Positions 9,387 to 17,174 of a stretch of 64,000 bases of DNA are shown here, piece by piece. Below the pieces are notes generated by a model. The model saw only the letters and a program-made list of their open reading frames with translations. It made no database searches and had not been told where the DNA came from. How positions within the stretch are numbered: position 1 is the stretch's first letter; the number at the start of each line of letters is the position of its first letter. The stretch comes from an uncultured Candidatus Saccharibacteria bacterium (GTDB lineage Bacteria; Patescibacteriota; Minisyncoccia; Phycocordibacterales; UBA918), in contig CAZVFY010000003.1 of NCBI GenBank assembly GCA_964626635.1, forward strand, positions 7,449 through 71,448, read 5' to 3'. The position numbers and the translations under genes are program-made.

Positions 9387-9818
9387 ATGCAACCAACCTT
9401 TTATCAGGTTCACGCACCACAGCACATGATGCACTGCTTTGCCATTCGTCGCGCTGTGTTCATTGAAGAACAAGGCGTCGACGAAGAGCTAGAGATCGAC
9501 GGCGAAGACCCAAACTGTGTCCACTTCCTCGGGGAGTTGAACGGACAACCGATCGCCACCCTGCGAATCAAAACTATCGGACCGACAGTGAAGATCCAAC
9601 GAGTGGCTGTTCTCAAAGACTACCGAGATGGATACGGCGTTGGTCGCGGCATCATGGAAGCGGCTCTGAACTGGGCACGCGATAGCGGCTACGAACAAGC
9701 TATCCTCGGCGCACAAGTCACAGTCATCGGCTTCTACGAGAAACTCGGCTTCGTTACCTACGGCGACCAGTATGAGGAAGCTTACATCATGCACCAAGAC
9801 ATGAGTTTGGAACTCTGA
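9387..9818 (+). CDS. GNAT acetyltransferase, ElaA/YjcF-like (cassette cargo)
   Basis: IRRAVFIEEQGV, IQRVAVL..YR..G.G, L.AQ....GFYEKLGF. Confidence 0.9.
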   Translation: MQPTFYQVHAPQHMMHCFAIRRAVFIEEQGVDEELEIDGEDPNCVHFLGELNGQPIATLRIKTIGPTVKIQRVAVLKDYRDGYGVGRGIMEAALNWARDSGYEQAILGAQVTVIGFYEKLGFVTYGDQYEEAYIMHQDMSLEL

Positions 9819-10129
9819 TGAGCAAAGCAACTATTCGTATTTCGCTCAAAACGATTGCGATGCGTTTCCCTGCTGGCAGTATCGAACGCGTGTATCTACA
9901 TGGTACGTGGCAGATGGAGCGTGGGCGCAACCCGTCTATGCTCTATGGAAATCACCACTCGGCACGTGTGGCGTATGCTGCTGCCAAAGCCATGCTCGGA
10001 TCATACTTTGATGAGATCAGGCGACAGCATTATGCTCGTCAAGATTTCTTCTGGAGTGATCAGATGATCGTCGATGTGACGAACCGAGTTCCCGTCCGTG
10101 AGCTACGACTCATGGACAAGTATCGCTAG
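9818..10129 (+). CDS. Hypothetical protein (cassette cargo)
   Basis: TGATG coupling to the GNAT gene; followed by a hairpin terminator at 10131-10158. Confidence 0.7.
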   Translation: MSKATIRISLKTIAMRFPAGSIERVYLHGTWQMERGRNPSMLYGNHHSARVAYAAAKAMLGSYFDEIRRQHYARQDFFWSDQMIVDVTNRVPVRELRLMDKYR

Positions 10130-10161
10130 GCCGCCTTCCCTACGGGGTGGGCGGTTTTCAT

Positions 10162-10249
10162 TTATTTAATCACCACTTCCTCCAACAGCGCGGTTCTAAT
10201 GTTATCCAGTTCCCTCCGCATCATCGTGCTAGCACGAGACACCTCGTGA
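10162..10249 (+). repeat. Composite site: left arm A (10162-10220) + right arm D (10221-10249)
   Basis: A-type sequence ending CCCTCCGCA, then GCTAGCACG..CGTG shared with 10810-10831. Confidence 0.85.
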
Positions 10250-10261
10250 TAACATGAATTT

Positions 10262-10654
10262 ATGAAATACACACTAGTCTTCCTAGGCATTCTGTGTTTG
10301 GTGGCAGTAGCTTCATTTGTTAATGGTGGTGTATACAATCTACATGCTGGAAATGTTGCTTATCCAGAAGGATTTAAACCTGTTTACAAAATATGTAATG
10401 GATTGACGATTGTTGTAGGAGATCCTATTGCACACCACTACGACTTACCCGTTAATGGTATTTGTTTTGGATCGATAGTCGATAGACCAGAACTCACATC
10501 CGAACAGAAGAAAAAGATTAATGGTCCCCAGGTTTTTTACATGATATCTTCAAACGAGTTGGATGACCATGATTATAGATGTAAAACAGATCCCCTCTAT
10601 GATCCTGCAGATCCGTGTGAGTATAGTTTTGAAGGTGTTCAAGTCGATATTTAG
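10262..10654 (+). CDS. Hypothetical exported protein with several Cys (cassette cargo)
   Basis: Hydrophobic N-terminal signal/anchor; 130 aa; fills the D...C cassette. Confidence 0.7.
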   Translation: MKYTLVFLGILCLVAVASFVNGGVYNLHAGNVAYPEGFKPVYKICNGLTIVVGDPIAHHYDLPVNGICFGSIVDRPELTSEQKKKINGPQVFYMISSNELDDHDYRCKTDPLYDPADPCEYSFEGVQVDI

Positions 10655-10670
10655 CGCATTTGAGATAATC

Positions 10671-10831
10671 AACATAAAAGTTTTTTGTTGTATCTTACAG
10701 AAAATATAGAGCTCGAGACAGTATCGAATTGATTTTAAAAATAGTACTGAATCAGACAAGCCAAGCTTGGTATCACACAGTTCTAACTCGAGACAGCCCG
10801 CCAAGTCCAGCTAGCACGACATATCACGTGC
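10671..10831 (+). repeat. Composite site: left arm C (10671-10802) + right arm D (10803-10831)
   Basis: GCTCGAGAC...CAAGC..GCTTGG...GTTCTAACTCGAGACAGCCCGCC aligns with 11248-11376 (91 vs 90 nt from GCTCGAGAC to core end). GCTAG lies 8 nt after the core, as at 10228. Confidence 0.8.
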
Positions 10832-10894
10832 AAAGCAATTGGATAATAAAAAGAAAAGCTTTAGATTACAGAGAATGTGTACGAAACCTGTTTA

Positions 10895-11245
10895 TTAGAA
10901 GTATCCCCCGGCTATAAATATCAAGGAGGTTACTACAATTAAAATGCTTACTATCAGTGTTAACTTTTCGATGATTGACCAGTTATTTTTTCGCAAAGTA
11001 GAAATTATAAAAGCCAGAGATAGAAAAAACGAAAAACCGAATGTGAGAATAAGATATGGCATGGCAAAAAACCAAGCAATACTCTCAATCTGAAGCACCC
11101 AAGCGAAGTAATACCAAGTACCAAAAGGAACTCCCAGTTGTAGTAGCAGAATCAACCAGGCGGGTAATTTTGATTTCACAATACATATTATACACATTTG
11201 CTTACGAATTTTGGTTTGCGAGACAGCGTTAAGCAGTGAATTCAA
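10895..11245 (-). CDS. Small membrane protein, about 3 TM helices (cassette cargo; true start probably downstream)
   Basis: Hydrophobic stretches; fills the second D...C cassette in reverse orientation. Confidence 0.65.
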   Translation of the reverse strand: MNSLLNAVSQTKIRKQMCIICIVKSKLPAWLILLLQLGVPFGTWYYFAWVLQIESIAWFFAMPYLILTFGFSFFLSLAFIISTLRKNNWSIIEKLTLIVSILIVVTSLIFIAGGYF

Positions 11246-11247
11246 AA

Positions 11248-11435
11248 AACATTAATAAATGTTTTTTGTTCACTTGAAAACTTGCGCTCGAGACGCTACG
11301 ATAGACTACTTGGGAATTAAGAGATTCGGTCAAGCAGGGCTTGGCTGCCCACGGTTCTAGCCCGAGACGGCCAGCAACGAAAATCAGCAAGTAATAGCTT
11401 GCTGATTTTGATTAAGGAGTGGGACGCTCGAACTT
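11248..11435 (+). repeat. Composite site: left arm C (11248-11376) + right arm B (11377-11435)
   Basis: C-type arm ending GGCCAGCA directly followed by ACGAAAATCAGCAAG..CTTGCTGATTTTG..TCGAACTT. Confidence 0.85.
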
Positions 11436-11516
11436 CGCCTTGCACCAACAGTATATTTCCTGCATAGTGCTTTTGGTACCTGTACCACTTTGAAACCTAA
11501 GTAGGAGACTGTCACA

Positions 11517-12080
11517 ATGGAGACGGCAAAAGCTGTCGGCGACGGTAAGCTGACTGATGACGAACTTGGAACAATGACTCGGCGTCTGATGGAAATAGTT
11601 CGCCGAATCAACGAGGGGTCCCTTGATAAGCGAAAAACGCTTACAGCGTTCCAGATGCTGATTGAGGGCAAGGCTGGACAGATGACTGAGCCGTGTCCGC
11701 GAAAGCACCGCTCAGAAAGTCGTCCATTCAAGATGCTCCCGATAGCTGAGCGTCGCAAATCAACCGCTCCTTTGAGAATGCGTACAGAGCAGTATCTCAA
11801 GCGACTGTACTACCACTACAAGTTGTTTCTCTTCACAGATCAATACTGGGGAGAAAAACGTCTGAATGCAGAAGATATTTTTGCCTTGATGTGGGAAGCA
11901 GAAAATATTCCTGACCAGTGCATAAACCACGGTTGGACACCGGTGCAAAGTATTCTCGGTGATTTTTATGCTAGCGAGCATGATCGAGCGATCGTCGCAT
12001 CGACGCTGCAGTGGCTCGGGACAAACTCCGGCAAGGAGTACCTTCGTAGAATGATTGCGACCGCTGACATCGACGTGTGA
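11517..12080 (+). CDS. Hypothetical protein (cassette cargo)
   Basis: 187 aa; AGGAG SD; GC hairpin at 12085-12111 downstream. Confidence 0.8.
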   Translation: METAKAVGDGKLTDDELGTMTRRLMEIVRRINEGSLDKRKTLTAFQMLIEGKAGQMTEPCPRKHRSESRPFKMLPIAERRKSTAPLRMRTEQYLKRLYYHYKLFLFTDQYWGEKRLNAEDIFALMWEAENIPDQCINHGWTPVQSILGDFYASEHDRAIVASTLQWLGTNSGKEYLRRMIATADIDV

Positions 12081-12114
12081 CACCGGGGCGCCCGCTTAGT
12101 GTGGGCGCCCCTTC

Positions 12115-12174
12115 TTATTTAAATGCTTACTTCCTCTACCAAAGCGGTTCTAACGTCGTCTAGGTACCTCCGCG
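12115..12174 (+). repeat. Cassette left arm A, copy 3
   Basis: TTATTTAAAT..ACTTCCTC..CAAAGCGGTTCTAACGTCGTCTAGGTACCTCCGC, nearly identical to 9186-9245. Confidence 0.92.
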
Positions 12175-12338
12175 AGCTAGAAAACAAACATGCAAGTGTT
12201 TGTTTTTGTTTGCGAGCGCGAGGGAGAGGGATGAGAAAAAAGCGAAGTCTATCGCCCAGAGCGGAGCGAGGACGGTACGAGCGTCGGGGTCGCGTCGCAC
12301 AGTATTTGAGGTAACAAAAATACTGCTGCAAAGGCGGC

Positions 12339-12358
12339 CGAATCCCTCTCCCTCCGCA
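12339..12358 (+). repeat. tRNA-Ser 3' end copy (attR-like island boundary)
   Basis: CGAAT (T-loop part) CCCTC (T-stem) TCCCTCC (acceptor strand) G (discriminator, typical of Ser) CA; no 5' half of a tRNA upstream. Confidence 0.75.
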
Positions 12359-12437
12359 AAACGATATTCGTCCGCGTAAACGGACTTCTGTTTTGCAGAC
12401 TGCACGATCCAGGTTCACCATTTGCTATTATATAGCC

Positions 12438-12746
12438 ATGAATTCATTCACCGTCCTTACACCCGAAGAGATTACAACTCGACTGGCCGCCCATCCCGAA
12501 TGGTCAATACAAGAACAGAGACTCGTGGCGATATTTACCTTTAAGGATTTCAAGCAAGCCTTTGCGTTTATCAGCATGGTGGCGCTGTACGCCGAGCAGC
12601 ACGATCACCACCCTGAATGGAGTAACACATACAACAAAGTATCGTTTCAACTTTCGACCCATGACGCGGGGAACAAAATTACTACCCTAGATACCGACGC
12701 AGCGCTATACATCAGCCAAGCCGCTGCGCGGTTGAAACGGCAGTGA
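12438..12746 (+). CDS. phhB: Pterin-4-alpha-carbinolamine dehydratase
   Basis: F.F.DF..AF.F...VA..AE..DHHPEW.N.YNKV...LSTHDAG..IT.LD. Confidence 0.92.
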   Translation: MNSFTVLTPEEITTRLAAHPEWSIQEQRLVAIFTFKDFKQAFAFISMVALYAEQHDHHPEWSNTYNKVSFQLSTHDAGNKITTLDTDAALYISQAAARLKRQ

Positions 12747-12908
12747 GGTAATGGTGCCGTTACAGCCGCGACACGGGCAATTTCCTTCAGAAGCAGGCAT
12801 AAGAGGTAAGATCGTTAATTAATTGCGAGACTAGTATACCGCATCACTATTAACGGAAACACAAACAGCAACACGGTGGTGTTGCTGTTTGTGTCTGACT
12901 AGTCCCAG

Positions 12909-13175
12909 TTACGCTTTTGCTTTCCCCACTCGTACGGCGAGGCGAGACTTCTTGCGCGCAGCGGTATTTTCTTTGATGATGCCCCGCTTGGCCGCTTTGT
13001 CGATGGCTTTGTACGCAGTTGGTACGAGCGCTTCGGCCGTGGCTGCGTCACCAGCAGAGAGAGATTTATCAATTTTTTTAGTGACGTCTTTGAGGGCGCT
13101 TTTGCGGCGGATATTAAATACTTTTCGGCGCTCGGACTGCGCGTGCGCTTTTTTGGCGTTTTTAGTGATTGGCAT
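12909..13175 (-). CDS. rpsT: 30S ribosomal protein S20
   Basis: MPITKNAKKA...AYKAIDKAAKRGIIKENTAARKKSRL. Confidence 0.97.
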   Translation of the reverse strand: MPITKNAKKAHAQSERRKVFNIRRKSALKDVTKKIDKSLSAGDAATAEALVPTAYKAIDKAAKRGIIKENTAARKKSRLAVRVGKAKA

Positions 13176-13280
13176 ACGAATTAGTGAGCACTACTGTACC
13201 GTAGAGCGACGTATTACGCAAGTGCCTACCAGTCTGTCACCGTACTGTGTCATCGATTAGTAGGTTATACTGAGCACACT

Positions 13281-13844
13281 ATGATTGGTGTACTCCAAGG
13301 CGAAGTGTACGCAGTCGGCGAAGGCCACATTACCCTAATGTGTCATGGGGTTGGCTACGACATAGCTGTTGCTGACCCAGGCGCGTACGTGACCGGTGTT
13401 ACTATCACGCTGCACACCTATTTGGCCGTTAGGGAAACCGCTCTAGATCTCTATGGCTTTGCCGGCGAACGCGATAAACAGCTGTTTGCCTTACTACTGA
13501 GCGTTCCAAAGATCGGTCCAAAATCAGCGCTCCAAGTCATGACCCAGGCCAGCACGCCATTGCTCGTTGAATGTATCCAAACCGAAAACCCCGGTAAACT
13601 CTACAAAATGTCTGGCGTTGGCAAGAAAACCAGTGAGAACATCGTCAATGCGTTACAAGGTAAGGTGGAAGCGTTTGGTGTTATGGCTGATGCAACTGAA
13701 CAGTCTCGCCTCACCACAGAGCAAATGGACGTGTTCGATGCGCTCATCGCGCTCGGGTTCACTCCCGAAGAGGCGCGTGAGCGAGCGAGTACCCATACTT
13801 CAGTAGACAATATCTCAGATTCAATCAAAGCCGCTTTATCTTAA
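13281..13844 (+). CDS. ruvA: Holliday junction branch migration protein RuvA
   Basis: GVGY, LYGF, LLSVPKIGPKSAL, GVGKKT, AL.ALGF. Confidence 0.95.
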   Translation: MIGVLQGEVYAVGEGHITLMCHGVGYDIAVADPGAYVTGVTITLHTYLAVRETALDLYGFAGERDKQLFALLLSVPKIGPKSALQVMTQASTPLLVECIQTENPGKLYKMSGVGKKTSENIVNALQGKVEAFGVMADATEQSRLTTEQMDVFDALIALGFTPEEARERASTHTSVDNISDSIKAALS

Positions 13845-13897
13845 ACACCGTCAGAATATGTCACCCGCTGTGGGTACAGAGAAAGGGATAATATGGA

Positions 13898-16800
13898 CTA
13901 TAATTCCTGAAGCTCTGGTACCACTTCAATTCGGCCCGTGTATGTGAGTGGAGTACTAAGTGGTTGTCCAAAAGCTTCTGTACAGCGGATTTGAAATTCT
14001 GAGGTGCGTTCAACAGTAATCGGCAGAGTGCCAGTGTGAGGATTCATGCCAAGTGGATTGGTTCCGCCTAAAATAGTAATTGTTTGGGGACTAATTCCTG
14101 GCGCAATCAGTTCACACCTCATATCGTAGTTCACGTTTATAGACCACTCAATATCAAATGTATTACCTGACCGCAGTATCGTCGCGGGCACCGTATTTGT
14201 TGCAGCCGTGTTAATGACCTTAGATGCAGACGTACTAGTCGAATTTAATGTATTGAGCGTAATGTGTGGAGTTGGTAGGGGTATTGTGATGGATTGATTA
14301 AAGGCATTGTTGGTGTAACCGGCTCCCTGTTCCGGGTAGCGCTCCGTTACTGCGGGGTCTGGATCAGTGTCATAGTTAAGTTCACCACTGAGTGTGTAAC
14401 TACCGAATTGAAGGGCGGTGATATTTTCGTCAAAAAATGGAACGGCGTCATTGGCAATCATTGTTGCTGGCAGTGATTCCGAAAATGTGTCAGGTACGCC
14501 GCCATCCGGGAACGACATATTGAATAAACCGTCGTCTGCTACTAACGATATTTGGTATGGCATTCTGGTATTAGCTGGCAAAGCAACAGCCGCCTCGTTA
14601 TGTACTCTTGCCACTACTCTGACATCCGACGTTCCGTTCACATTGTCCACACCATCATCACTTCTGGTAACATCATCGTTTGTTGGTAATAGATACCCAC
14701 TGTTTACAAACAGATCAACTAACGGTACGCACACTGCTGTAGTGAAAGGCACGGCGGCATCACGAGCACCAGGGAAAGCGTCTGTCAATCTACCCACCAG
14801 GACAGGTGGCATTTGTGTATGCTGCGCATATAACGGATCGGTCGGCAATATGGCCGCACCAGTGGCGTCCAAACGACAATTACCTGGTGTAATTGAGATT
14901 CCGTCCGCCAGTACAACATCCGGCACCACCGGTGGTACCGGCGTGGTAGCAATAAAGGAAACTAGCGAGTCTTCGAGATTAACGTTACCCCCTGGTATTC
15001 TTTGCATACACTCAACGGTAAACTCTGTTTGGCCAGTATCCGCCCGATTGAGGGCTTGATAAAAACCAAACCTCGCTTTGACACCCTGTAGCGTGTGCCG
15101 GTCAAACCATCCGTACGTACTTCCTCCTTTAGGGTCAGCATTAAATCTGTAGCAACGCACCGCGTTACTTGAAACCCATAATAGATTATGGCTTGGTTGC
15201 GCCGTATCGTCGACCGTTGCAATCGGAGCTCCACTGTCAAGTGCGCCAAAGAATACTTGTGCAAAATTACATTCATCGCCATTATTCACTTGGCAGCTGA
15301 TAGTGATCGTATCACCATCAGTAAGGCTCACCCCACTGGCTAATTTGGCTGGATCAAACGTATCACGATCACAAGTATCAGACCCGCTCCAATTATTATC
15401 TGCTGTATAAGTGCTCATATGCCCACCAGAAGTGGTAATGGTGTACTGCGCGACCCCGTCGATTTCATCGCAAATCAAAAGATGAATGTCATATAGGTCT
15501 GTAAATCCACTGCCGTATGGATGCGTAAATGTGAAAGTAATACCACCCTCGCTCTCCCCGCTCGTAACCCGGATCACATCATCTATTCTGTCATAGGCAG
15601 TTTGTGAGACACGGTCACGACTGGTTGCCAGTGCCCACAAGTCTGCAGATTCAATAACAAATGATGGCCCCCCGTAAATATTAGTCTGCACTGGCTGGAG
15701 GACTTCGACCGTTTCATTAATGACGAAATCTGCCTCGGCTTGTACGGTCGCGACTGCCTGTTGAGCTGGCGTGCCATTTTGGTATAAAATGTTATTGCAA
15801 ACAACGAACAGCCGGCTAGATTCTGACCGGGCAGAAGTAAGCAGTTGCGACAACGCTGTATGCATATGTGTTCGAATTACCGTCCACGATGGGTCAATTA
15901 TATAATCAGCTGACGTCGATAATGCACCCGGGGATAGTGTTCGGTATTTATACCAGCAGGCGTTTACGAACGTAGCATTTAGCTGTGCATCGAACAAGAC
16001 GTGTGTGTTTCTCGGGATTTTCGCTTGCTCTTGGTAGGCTGGTGTAAGACTAAGCGTTGGAGTTGTGGTTGACGTAGGAGTCAGCGGTAATGGTATGTAC
16101 CCATCTGGATCTACCACATCAACTCGAAACACATGGTTCACGCTGTCACCAGCGTAAGTGATCCCATTAAATACACGTTCATCCCTTTCGCAACGTATTG
16201 TAAAAATAGTTGATTCAGTAAGTTCTATATACATGGATCGCACCGGTGAATCATCTCGAGCATCATCAAACCCTAAAGGAAGCGTTTTCTCTGTAGTTGG
16301 ATAATCAACAATGTTATATGCTTTAAAGTCTGTACAACGATCGGCATTATTAGCTAAAAAAGCAAAATTCACATTTGCAATATGGGTAGCCGCATCACGA
16401 ACAACTGTGTGTGGATTGGCGGTAGGAGCCGTTTGGGTAAACATAATTGGCGAATCAATTGTCGGATCAGTCACCAAAATATCAATGGTGGCAGTGGTTT
16501 CCGCGCCGGTAATACCATTTCGACAAGTGATTGAATATCGGCTTGATTCCGTGGGGTTAGCTTGGAAATCCCCCTGTTCATCATTCCGGTCGCTCACCGA
16601 CATTCCGTTGCGGACGCTATCATACGCGCTTGCAGAAATTGGGGTTGGACTACCCGGCGTCATCAGCGACTCTCTAGTTACGTCGGAACAAGTTGCGGCA
16701 TAAATTGCTTGCCATGCTATCCCTACCCCATCAACTGGGGGAAGGGTGTTGTTGGCACTTCCATAAATGATACTGAAATCAACAATTGGATTCAACGAGT

Positions 16801-17170
16801 GAGTTGTCGAATCTGCGGGCGTGAGAATTGTGCCATTCGCAGCCGTAACCGTGCAGCTCAAGTCGACATTCTTCTGAATTGTTGGAGCGGGTAGATCGCT
16901 AGCGGTACCAGTGGTCAGGCCACCGGACGTAGCAAACGTAGCCAGCACAGCTGCCTCACCCTGAAAGGTAATATTACACGTGGCAGTACTATCGATCGGT
17001 ATGTCCACCTCCCAATCAGCACTAAAAGTGGTGCCGCCCACAATCTCTGTCGGGTTTGGAATATCAATGAGCACCGAGCTGCTGGCTAGTACGGGGGCCG
17101 CTGAATAAAGAAAAATGGCTGACGCAATTGCTGCAACATAGTTGAATTTAGTAAGGCTATCTTTTATCAT
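13898..17170 (-). CDS. Large secreted/surface protein with repeated Cys-pair beta modules
   Basis: Signal peptide after MIKDSL (17170); Thr/Pro-rich; recurring W...NA..C / (F/Y)(T/S)I.C motifs. Confidence 0.8.
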   Translation of the reverse strand: MIKDSLTKFNYVAAIASAIFLYSAAPVLASSSVLIDIPNPTEIVGGTTFSADWEVDIPIDSTATCNITFQGEAAVLATFATSGGLTTGTASDLPAPTIQKNVDLSCTVTAANGTILTPADSTTHSLNPIVDFSIIYGSANNTLPPVDGVGIAWQAIYAATCSDVTRESLMTPGSPTPISASAYDSVRNGMSVSDRNDEQGDFQANPTESSRYSITCRNGITGAETTATIDILVTDPTIDSPIMFTQTAPTANPHTVVRDAATHIANVNFAFLANNADRCTDFKAYNIVDYPTTEKTLPLGFDDARDDSPVRSMYIELTESTIFTIRCERDERVFNGITYAGDSVNHVFRVDVVDPDGYIPLPLTPTSTTTPTLSLTPAYQEQAKIPRNTHVLFDAQLNATFVNACWYKYRTLSPGALSTSADYIIDPSWTVIRTHMHTALSQLLTSARSESSRLFVVCNNILYQNGTPAQQAVATVQAEADFVINETVEVLQPVQTNIYGGPSFVIESADLWALATSRDRVSQTAYDRIDDVIRVTSGESEGGITFTFTHPYGSGFTDLYDIHLLICDEIDGVAQYTITTSGGHMSTYTADNNWSGSDTCDRDTFDPAKLASGVSLTDGDTITISCQVNNGDECNFAQVFFGALDSGAPIATVDDTAQPSHNLLWVSSNAVRCYRFNADPKGGSTYGWFDRHTLQGVKARFGFYQALNRADTGQTEFTVECMQRIPGGNVNLEDSLVSFIATTPVPPVVPDVVLADGISITPGNCRLDATGAAILPTDPLYAQHTQMPPVLVGRLTDAFPGARDAAVPFTTAVCVPLVDLFVNSGYLLPTNDDVTRSDDGVDNVNGTSDVRVVARVHNEAAVALPANTRMPYQISLVADDGLFNMSFPDGGVPDTFSESLPATMIANDAVPFFDENITALQFGSYTLSGELNYDTDPDPAVTERYPEQGAGYTNNAFNQSITIPLPTPHITLNTLNSTSTSASKVINTAATNTVPATILRSGNTFDIEWSINVNYDMRCELIAPGISPQTITILGGTNPLGMNPHTGTLPITVERTSEFQIRCTEAFGQPLSTPLTYTGRIEVVPELQEL

Positions 17171-17174
17171 ACCG

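Larger units (their letters stand above)
1..12358. mobile_element. Right part of a tRNA-Ser-integrated genomic island (left end outside window)
   Basis: AT-rich accessory genes, DNA methylases, ParB proteins and repeated junction sites. It ends at CGAATCCCTCTCCCTCCGCA (12339-12358), a tRNA 3' end copy, after which housekeeping genes resume. Confidence 0.75.

Noticed and set aside
10550-10804. 84-aa minus-strand ORF from arm C
   Set aside because: It overlaps the cargo gene, and the equivalent frame in the second C arm is only weakly similar, so protein-level conservation is not supported.
7881-12358. CRISPR array
   Set aside because: The repeats are separated by 0.5-1.3 kb gene-bearing segments rather than 25-45 nt spacers, and there are no cas genes.
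12290-12358. Complete tRNA-Ser gene
   Set aside because: Only the last 20 nt match; there is no D-arm, anticodon arm or 5' acceptor strand in a cloverleaf arrangement.
12119-12421. 100-aa ORF as an independent gene
   Set aside because: It runs antisense through the tRNA-end copy and palindromic DNA and has no convincing start; only the last 18 codons show coding-like conservation (reported as a finding).
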